Both the position numbers and the translations under genes were made by a program. From positions 5,699,709 through 5,763,708 of the forward strand of contig CAJINV010000002.1 of assembly GCA_905178155.1 (NCBI GenBank): a DNA stretch of 64,000 bases, read 5' to 3'. Positions 41,428 to 51,900 of the stretch are shown one piece after another. Source of the DNA: Amoebophrya sp. A120 (taxonomy: Eukaryota > Protista > Dinoflagellata). Positions within the stretch are counted from its first letter, which is position 1; the number at the start of each line of letters is the position of its first letter. The notes below the pieces were generated by a model, which searched no databases, had not been told where the DNA came from, and saw nothing but the letters and a program-made list of their open reading frames with translations.

Positions 41428-43299
41428 ATGAGCTCTGCAACTACCACTGGCACGTCAGCCGGAACAAGCGCAGCAAAGACGGGCGCCGAGGAGCCGCTCG
41501 ACTACTATCAAAAGATGCTGGCAGCCGAGTGCCGCGGAAAGACGCCGAGTGCGCTGGAGATTTGCCGCCGCACCTGGGAAGTCGCGGAAATGCGGCCCTT
41601 GCGCGCGATGGTAGAACGGTATGGGAGTAGTGACTGTGTGCGAGAAGAGCTGGTTCCTCAGGGTCGGTCGTCGTCCCGGTCAGAGAACAAGAGAAAAACG
41701 TTGATTTTGGCAGGAAGAGGACCACAAGGAAGAGTTTAGGGTGTGCAAGCGCAATATCAATGTGGCAGATGCAACCAAGATTCTTCATTCTTTTTCTACA
41801 GTGGACGACTGCCCTGGTATGACAAGGTACTTCATCTTTTGCAATGCATACACGAATTACTGCGAGTGTTGCTGCCGCGGCAGACCGGGGTGTCTACACG
41901 ACAAAGCTACAGTGGGGGGAACTGCACGAGAACTTTTGGTACAGTAGTTCTGGTGTTTTGTTTACCCTGCCACTTGGTAGTACTTACTTGGATCGTCGTT
42001 GCTGGTAATTAGGATATACCATGGCAAGAGCTTTCTGCTCTAGATACCCAGAAAGCACTTCTTCGATGCAGTTCGAAATAAAACGCACATCATGATGGCA
42101 CCGTACTAATTCGCAACTCCGCCTCAAATTAGTATCCCCACGACTACAGGGGCCACGAAAAAGCCGCGAAAGCTGCCCTGGTTGCGTACTTCGAGGGGCT
42201 GGGGTATCGTGCTAGTATAAACGAGAAAACGAAGAATGCGCTGGTGATTTCGTGGGAGCACTTGACGGAGGAAATGACCTATAGGGGTCTGGCTGCTGCT
42301 CCAGGAGCGGACGAGGAGCAATTGCACAGCTCCATCGAGAGCAGTCGTCGTGGTTCGGAGGAAGACAAACGCGGTCGCCCTTGCTCCAATCCGAAGGCTG
42401 ATGTCTGCCCGAACCAATCTGAGAAAACCACGAAGAAGTGCCGGGGGCACGAAGATGATAGTGCTCTGTCCAACCAGAACCGAAAAAGTAGGAAAAGCGG
42501 CCGCGTACACGGGTATAGCACCGATTTGTCCATCTTATGTACGTGGGGTTCTTCCATGAAAATACAGCGAATCGTCGCGCTTGCTTCTTTTCTTTCTTGT
42601 TCGGATAAGTATGGATTCAAGACGGGAAAAATGAGTGCAACAAGAAGGGTTCCGTTCTATGCATCCTGCTAAGTCAGGAATTTTTTCAACAGGAGTGTCG
42701 AAGCCGTTCCTGCGGCCAGACCGAGCGCCGGTCGAAAACCCGAGACGAGGATGCCGACCTCAGCCCCAGGCTTGTGTGAGAATGACAACAGCGCGCACAA
42801 ACTTTTAAGCACACCCGACTCGGTTGTCGTGGGAAAGAATCAGGAAAAAGCGGCAAAATTTTCGCTCGACGACACACCTGTTGCCGCGGAGGGTTCATGG
42901 GTCGCCTGGAGGGAACGGAATGAGGACGACAGGAAGCTGCAGGGAACTGGTACCGAAATACCGGGCCGCGAAGCGGAGCAGACCACTGTTTCACCGTATG
43001 ACAGCGCCTGGAAGGGCGCATTTTCAGGCGCAAGCAAATGGGACCAAGGCACGTCGTTTTGGAGCGCCGGCGGGGATGCGTCGTTCTGCAGTTTCAAGAA
43101 CGCCGGCTATGATAATGCGAATTACACAACTGGCGGTGCAACATGTAGTTCTTGGGACAATTGGAATTCTTGTTCTCAACAGGGCTACGAGGACAAGAGG
43201 AATATCTCGCCCTCCTCTGCTCGGCAAAGCGACGCGGGCTCGGGCGACGAAGAATACTACGAGGACTTGGTGCGAAGTTCGTACGAACCCACCCGATAA
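41428..43299 (+). CDS. Hypothetical multi-exon protein (structure uncertain)
   Basis: Coding-like blocks near 41428-41618, 41801-41825, 42133-42660 and 42693-43299 separated by GT-AG-bounded AT-richer stretches; no recognisable domain. Confidence 0.4.
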
Positions 43300-44480
43300 A
43301 GGATCTCTTGCGGAGGAAGCGGGGTAGGAAGCTGCCAACCGGCGCATAGCAACATGCAATGGCAAAGTCTAAAGTGCGGAAGGAACTTTCTGTTAACGCT
43401 CCAACACAACGACAACGCATCCTCATCTTCCTAGTCATCTTCATAGAAGTGCTGAAGCAAGAGAGACCGGTCTAGGTGGTATACTTACATGCTTTTACAT
43501 CGCGATCATGAACGCGATCCCTTCCGATCGTCAACCCCCGATACTAGATGACAAAGAGATCAACTACATGAAGCACTGGTACAGTAACTTGTCAAGAAGG
43601 TCCTGTCCGATTACTCAAGTACCGAAGTACGTTTCATACGGGTGAATAGATCTGCAGCTGCGAAGAAGGCGTTTCTTTGATCAAGAAGGCATCAACACGA
43701 TATTGCTTTAGTACTCTTCAAGGACGAGAACGAGATCAAGTCGTCCCTGTTGGCTCTAGAAGGCTTGCATACCTTTTCATCGCCGTGGTTCTCTTGAAAC
43801 CGAGCATGATCGCTAAAACGCGCTCTTCCCGAAGAATTCAAGCAGGATGTTGATGATCATCTTCGACTTGATCACGATTTTTGCACCTGAGCGACGATCT
43901 TAAAAAGCTGTGCTCGCTGTCGCGACGAGGCAGACCGTTGCAGTAGTTTTTGGTGACACTTTCATATTACGGCTTAGTGGGTGACGTGACCGACATTCTG
44001 CCGAATTTCAATTCCAGTCCACATTGTAACCGCTTCTACGAGATCTTTTCTCGTTGAAAAGCACGTAGAATTCGTGTTACAACTGACTTAGTACCTACAC
44101 CCGCTCCACAGAGGATACTTAGCCCCAAAGTTGTTTTTTATCCACCCCTTCTAGTATCTACACACTGTCATTCTTTCGTCTGTCTTTGTGGAAAATTTTT
44201 CCTAGAAACAGAAGTGGAATTATCATAAATTTATACCATTTTCCGCCTGGGTACATCGATACACCTCGACCTCTTATGGTCTGGACCCTTCCGCCTTCCC
44301 GGAAGCAGTCACGACCCGACTAGTCCCCTAGTGGTGCTAAACGTAATTTTTATTTTTTTTTGTACTTCTTCTCAAAGTGTAAGATAATTTTCTTTGGAAA
44401 TAAGCAGAATAGTGCCAGCCCTCCCCTCCCCCGCGGCGGCTGTCTATGGTAAGGAAGTATCGCACAACCTCCCCGAAACC

Positions 44481-46672
44481 ATGATGAAGGTGCTTACCAC
44501 GCAAAGCGGAAAATCGGCCGACACGATGACGAAAGATGGTCCTGAGCTGCCAGGAGTTCTGTTAGCAAAAATGGCACAAGCACAGCAAGACGCGTCGCCC
44601 GGTACTTTTATCAAGAGCGACGACGCCGGTAGCCTTAGTTGCTCCTGTCCAGAAACTTCGCCGCGGGATCACTACATGGTTGAGAATTCCGGATACAATT
44701 TGCGGAAAGTTTCATCTGCGACGGAGGAGGGCCCGAGGATCTGCAACGCCGAGCCGTTGGCCATCTACTTGAATGAAGATGCTAATAAGTCCACCGATTG
44801 TATGAAAACAGCGTCTTTCCGCAACAACTATATGCCGAGAGGAGAAGAAATGACGAGTGATGTAGTTACCCGGGCAGCTTCCTCCAACAGCCCGACAGTC
44901 TCGACGAGCTCCGGCACGCCGTCGGCGTTTCTCGGGAAAGTTGTGGAGGAATTTGAGACTGGACTGGATCATCCCACACCAGGTTCTGCCTGTTCGACGG
45001 CTAGTGTGTTATCTACAACTACGGCTGCAATGGGAAACAATCCGTTCACGAAGAGCTGCTGTGGCGAGGAAAGTCGTCCGGAGTTCATGGTAAATGAAAA
45101 TGGGTCAACGTGTGGACGGCGGGTGTGTAATTGTACCACCGAGAGTTACAATTATGTCGTGAACGGAAACAACGACATGGAGATCTGCGGCTCGGATATT
45201 GTCGAAGATCAGCGTGAACAAGATTTTTCCACGACTACCGCAGGGTGTACCGGAGCCGCTGTGGTTGTTGAGCAAGTGGTTGTTGAGCAAGACAATGAAG
45301 GTCTTCACATGCACCAGCTGCACAAGGAAGTAAACTGCAGCCAGCGCGGCCGGTTGGAGAGTGCTTGTAGCAGTACTCGCGCCACCAGAAGCAGCAGTTT
45401 TTCCTCGAAATTGCATCTTGATGAACATGATGGGCCGCACAAGCGGGAGGAGGTTATTTTCAACGATGACGACCATGGGCGCAAGCGGGGGCCATCGAAA
45501 AGGAGTGGGGATCGTTGGAGGACCAGTAGGCACAGGAATCACTACGAACGGAAATCTTGTCGAGTACGCCGTGAGGAACAACACAATGGGCAATGCGAAT
45601 TTGAGAACTCATCGGACCGCAGAGGGAAAAGTCCTACACCACGCCGCAACTTCCGCAGTCGCGACCGGCGCCGCGCCGAGACAAAACACCACGACCGGGG
45701 AGTCGAACACAAGCAGCGTGACCACGATGAGAAAAGGGTGCGCATCTCTAGCGCAGGCGGAGATCGAAAAGCTACGAACACAGGCGACTTCATCTTGCGC
45801 CCTAGCTCCTTCCGCGGACAGGACAACTGCAGGTCCGGTAAAGGAGACCTTCGCAAACAGGACAGCTCAGCTACGCAGCACGCGGCTGCCAGTTCTTCTT
45901 GCTCCAAAAATGATAAAGGGACGAACAGTAAAGGCAAGGGCAAGGGGAAAAAACGCAGCGGAGTTGTTGCGACCAATTGCAAGAACAATACCGGGTCGAA
46001 GATGACATCAGCATGTAATGGCACCCAAAGCTGTCAAAGCGAACCGAACAAACCGAAGTCCGCCTCTGTGTTGGTCACCCGCTTGAACCCGCTCACTTCC
46101 TTATCCTGGGTAGAAACGTCTTCACTGCAGAGTGAAGATGGGAAGTCCGCTAGACAAATGAACAGGCTTTGGTTGTTGCGCATAGCAAATTTGGGCCTGC
46201 AATGTCGTCGCGTTTGGCTAGCGCAGCAGCATCACAGATCTGGTATCCTATGCTGATTCGAACATGAGAAATTTCAAAGCGCGACTAGAAAATGCTTCTC
46301 ATGGGGCTCCGCATGTCGAGAAACATTTTGAGTATGTAGATTTGCATGAGCACTCTGGGCTGGGGACGTTTCTTTACAGGATACTCCCCCGACAACCTGC
46401 GCGACTTCATGCACCGCTCGGGGTTCGGGCGGGTGAAAGACGTGTATATCCCGTTGGAGTACAAGGCTGATCCGCCGAAGCCGAAGGGCTACGGGTTTGT
46501 GGAGTTTGTCCACGCGGATGACGCGGAATTTTGCATTGGCAAGATGCGCAAAGCCTTCGAAAACGAGGAGGACAACTTGAATATCCTCGACGGGCAGGCA
46601 CTGAAAGTCGATGTCGCCAAGGCGGACCGGAAGAAGAAGGAGGTCATGTTCGCGAAGACTGGCGTGGAATGA
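44481..46672 (+). CDS. RRM protein, SC35/SCL (SR splicing factor)-like, with long disordered N-terminus and C-terminal RRM
   Basis: After removing one introner: SVLVTRLNPLTSPDNLRDFM...FGRVKDVYIP...PKGYGFVEF...ILDGQALKVDVAKADRK. Arg/Ser/His/Asp-rich tract upstream. Confidence 0.78.
46102..46383. mobile_element. Introner, family A (282 bp), inside the RRM
   Basis: TATCCTGGGTAGAAACGTC / GACGTTTCTTTACAGGATA; duplication TTCCT/CTCCC. Confidence 0.9.
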
Positions 46673-48958
46673 GGAGGGGAGGGAAGTGGAATGGCATTAC
46701 TTTGCTATTTTCCGATGAAACACGGTAAAACTACAACAACCGCGACTACAGTAGTGCTTATTTTTCAGAAGAAAAAAATGTGGCAGTTTTTTAAGTTAGA
46801 CATTCGACAGTTTTATCATTTTTTCTTTCTGAAGCACTTTTCTTTTGTTTGTCTTTGTTCTGCTGCACAGCTTGTACGGAAATTGTACGTCGTGTGCCAG
46901 CTCCTTGAAGATGTAAACACGGAGAAATTTTCGCAGTCGCGTAGCGACCTGCAGCACACAGCACGATATCATGGAGAAGAGGTTTTTTCCGAGACATCGA
47001 AAGGGAGCATCGCGCAGTCTATCTTTATTACAATTTTTTTACCTTCTCCTGATCCGACACCGAATACGAATATGTTTTATTTACGGCAGAGCTGAGTTTA
47101 GCGAGCCACGGTTTGTTTTTCAGTCCAAAATGTACACGAGTCAATCTCAATACCGCTTTCCTTTCATTCTTTTCACCAATAGTCAATGATCTTCAAAAAT
47201 CACGTAGCTTTTCCTTTTTGAGTTTGCTTTGAAACGGCAATTATAGCGACGAAATTTCGAAGAACCAGTGTGCAGGTAGAAAAATACTAAGGCACTGGTC
47301 TCCGTTCTGCCTATTTTTTTTTCTGAAAGATAGGAGGAGCGAGTTCCAAGTTGCGTCTTGATTATTGATTTCGGCTACGACACCTCAGGATCTTCAATAG
47401 GGGTCTGAACCACCGGCACGAGTGCTTGCGATTTATACATAGTACCTAGCAGACACAACTTGTGCGCCGGATAGGTAGGGAAAATGGCTTACCACCACTT
47501 TCCCAGAAACATTTTTCGAGTTTCGTCTGCTATATGTAAAACCGATGACCTTTCACTTTTATTTCACAGAAAGAGAGATACACGGCAAAAGTGTCGAGCG
47601 ACAAACAAGTAGATGTAAATGATTGCGACCATAAACATAATGACATGCGACGGTTTTGATTCACGTATTTTCTGTATGCTATTCCAAAAACTTTTTTCTT
47701 GGCCTGTCGAGCAAAGGTGAGAAAAGTAGTTTTTTACTTCCTTGAGTGCTCAGAGGCTTGTACAGTCCGATGATTTTTATCTTTTTTCGATTTTACGATA
47801 TCAAGTGTTGATACTATTCACCGAGCACTTTATTTTTATCTCTCAGCCTCAGTGTGAGAGCAGAGATGTAGATATTGAATATGCTCGACAAGGAGGAAAG
47901 AGAAAAAAAGCATAGGATTGTTCTATATGATGTACTACTACCGCGACTTTTCTTGCCGTCGCGTCGCGCCGACGTTCTGTACAGTGCTTGTTGGTGTGGG
48001 AGCTGTCGCTTGTTTGTGAACTCCACAGACGCGACGTTTCCTCAAGAAGAGTTGAGGAGTACAGCTGCTGTACTTCAACCTCTCTTAAGAAAAGTCTGCA
48101 ATGAAGTACTTACCCCGTACAGAGCAGTATCGACGCGCCGCGATTGGTGCTAGAAGGACGATTCTTTCACGCTGCTGGACGTAAACATCACAAGATAGAA
48201 TAGTGCAACGGCAGGCGATAAAGAACAAACAAGTGCATGACTAGGCGAGAATGTGGTCATGATAGAGGATAGAAATTGGCGACGAGCAGCCACATGTTTG
48301 TGGCCTCGGCCTCCTCTTGCGAACAGGCGACGGATTTTTAGGCTACGAATTTTTTTTTCCGCGATGTCCACGAACGATTATTTTGTTTCATCAGTGGTAC
48401 AGACAGCAAAAGCGTTAGTGGAGGAAAGAGCAGTACAATTTGAAGTTGTGACCACTCGTTTCGCAGCACATTAGTGTTCCACTGAACTACGGTTGGCATA
48501 AGTATTAAAAACCGGTATTGGAAGATTTCTTTTCGTCTAATGTTTTTTGCAAAGTTGCGAAGTAGATCAAGATTCATTGGTGCCAAGAAGCACGGCATGC
48601 CTTCAGTGTGGCGATGTTGAAGGTGTTGTATTCGAACCGCAGGTAGAGATAAGCTCATGGTTAAGTGCATCAAATTTGGATTGGGTGGGCGCATTTTTTT
48701 CAGGAGAGAACAAGCTTGCGCTTTGTCCATATGGCAAATGCAAAATCTATTTTGTCAAACTTCTTGGGTGGAGAATGAAAGTGACAAATTTTGGCCACAA
48801 GGGTGCAGCTCTAACTTTTTGCATCTTGTTTTTCACAACTACACAGATTGTAGAATAGGAGCAGGAAGAAAATGCTGCGATCTAATTGAGTAAAAGAGTC
48901 ACAGCGAGAAGTGCTGTCGAATAATATCAAGCCTATCTCGACTGAATACTTACTCAAG

Positions 48959-51900
48959 ATGTCGACCTCCAGCCCCTCTACCCACCAGGGCAGTGGCTCT
49001 AGCCCGTGTGCGAAAATTCCTTGTGCTGGTGCAGCGATAACCAGTGCCGGTCTTGGTTCCACCAGCCAGCAACTACCGGACCAGACGACAGGCGAAAAAT
49101 ACATCGAGACTCACGTGCACCCCATCCTTGAGAAGTTGGGCGAGGCGCTTGCGGCCGCGGTGCCGGATGATGTGGACAAATTTGTGCATGAGTGGCTCCT
49201 AATCGAAAAAGAGATAAGCGAACAAACTGTGGTTTCCGGAATAGAATACAAGGAAACTACAACATCAACCTGTAAAACAACGAGCAAAACAGGAGCAAAA
49301 GACGAGAAAAGCAATAAACCGGTGAAGAACCTGCAGGTGACCAATTCCCAGCGCCGGGAATTCGTGCAGAACCAGGTGTCGCCGCTTCTGTGGCAAATCA
49401 CGTACGACTGTTTGACCAATCGTCCGATTGAAGTGGTGCAGTTTCTGGCCGACAAGTTTCGCAGGAAGGTGCACAGGCGGAGCCACAACCAAAACCGGGA
49501 CTCGCATCTGTCGCAGTCCCAAAGGTCGAGCGGGATTCACGACAGTGACAACGATGGTTTGGGGTTGTCCGAGGATGACGAGGTCAGCGAAAAGGAGGTA
49601 GAACGGATGCGCTTGTTGATGCACGACCGGAGAATCGGGGTCTCGGCGGAGAAGATGAGTTCGAAGGACATGAAGAACTACCAGCCACCCTACTTCGAGA
49701 AGACGGAGACGCAGAAAAAGGACTTGAAAAATTTGATCCGAAGGAGCAAGGACGGGAAAATTCACATGTTGTTCGGCCTGGTCAGCGACGCTACCCTAGA
49801 CAAGGTACAGGAACTTCTAATTGGAGACAAATCAAGCAGTAGCATGGTGTTTGGTGGTGCATGCAAGCCGGAGTCTTTCTCCATTGCTTTTTTGCAATAC
49901 AAATTTTTTTCTGTGATGTCACTGTAAGGTCGTCGACGCCATGGAGCTGAAGGAGATCAAGAAATCAATAAACGTGATCGAGCAAGTGTCAAGAAGAAAA
50001 ATCCCCCCTCCGCATATCAAAGCGGAAATCTGTGATGCAGATTTGCAGTCACAAATCAGCTTTGTCATGCTAGAAGGGAAAAGATGCGGACTGTAGTGCT
50101 GGGTGGCGTGGGGAAGCCTTGCATCTTCAGCATGACACGAAGCAGCTGCGAGAGGGAAACAGCATGACAAATTGCCTGCAAACGAGGCCACAACTGCGGG
50201 TCTTGGCCTTCTAGCATTACAAGCCGATTTGTGTACTCAACTACAGCATCACAAATTTCGTTTTCGATATGGGGTGGGGGGATTTTTCCTTTTGATAGCA
50301 AGGCCAACCCGAAGGGGACTATTTCTACATCGTGCAAAACGGCGCGTTCGACATTCTGGTCAACAACAGCAAGGTGTTCGAGGCCGGTCCCGGGTTTTCT
50401 TTCGGCGAACTCGCGCTACTGTACAACGCCCCCCGGTCTGCGACGATCATATCCAGTGAAAATGTGATGTTGGGGTCTGGAAGTGGAAGAAAACAGGCAG
50501 GGGAGACGGAGAATTGTTCCTGTCCCCTGGTGACAAAAAGCGCACATGTTTCGCTTGCTGTGCAACAGAGATGTTCACTGCTCTACGCACAGAGTCCGCA
50601 TTGCAGAAGTATGCATTCTTGTTCCAACCCCGACGTATTTGCAATGCATACATTAAGGCGAATATCGACTCCACGGTGTGGCGATTGGACCGACTCGCGT
50701 TCCGGATGCTGGTCGTGACGGCACAGGAGCTGAAGATGCAGGAATACGTGAACTTCCTGCAGAAAGTGCCGATCTTCGAAACCTTGTCGGGGCACGAGGT
50801 GTCGCGGTTGGCGGAGGTTGTGCAGGAGGAGGATTTCGAAGAGGACGAAGCCATTATCGAGCAAGGGGCTGTGGACAACAGCATGTAGGATGATTTTCTG
50901 TTAATTTCTCGTACAAGTATGCATGAGGAAAATCATGCTTATTATCCGCCGCCTTTGCAGCGTTGTAGATTGCTATGCTATTCTCAATAGTCTTGAAAAA
51001 TATACGCCAGGTTCATCGTTCTGCAGGGTTCCTGTGTGGCTTGCATCCGCCAAGAATCCAAAACGTCGACGTCCACTAGCGATAGCGCGCAACCGCAGGA
51101 GGAGGACGAGATCGAGGTGGCGAACTACGGCCCCAGCGATTACTTCGGCGAAATTGCGCTGCTGAATTCTACGCCGAGAAAGGCGAGCGTCTATGCGACG
51201 GAACCGAACACGGTGTTGCTCATGGTGGACGCCCCGTCCTTCCGGCGCATTCTGGGGCCAGTAAAGGACATTTTAAAGCGGAAAATTTCGCTGTACCAAA
51301 AATACGACGATTTTTTCCAGGTGGACGATGTGGCGAAAGAATCGTCGAACCAGAAAGACAAGATGAGTCTGACAAACACGGGGGGCACAACGACCACCTC
51401 GATCGACGCGTCGAGCTTAACCAGTACGGCCGGAAGTGGCGGCAATCCGACCGCGTCCGCGAGCATCAACAACAAGTTAAAGCAGGCGGCTAGGAAGTAC
51501 CGGAAGCGCGGGGCAGAGACGGGGGCGAAGAAAGCGAACAAGGAGAGTTGTGTCGGAGCGAACGCGGGCGGCACGAGCCCGACCGGGGGGTCCCGAGGGT
51601 TCACCAGCACAACGTTACTACAGGAGAAGGAGCCCGAGACCTTGAAGGAAAAGGTATAGAACGAAGAAAATGTGTGTTGATCATGTTGGACGAACTTGTG
51701 ATGCGGCGGTGACAATACGTTTGTAGTGTATCATGCGATAATATCATATGAACCACAAAACTATACACCAAACAACGCAGATCGCCGCGGATTTCGCCCG
51801 TCCAAATCTGGTGCAGGCGATCGACGACTTTTCCTTATCGAAAGCCTTTAAGAACTATCAAATGTAAAAATGTCTGGGTCTGGAAGATTGCGAGGTTTGT

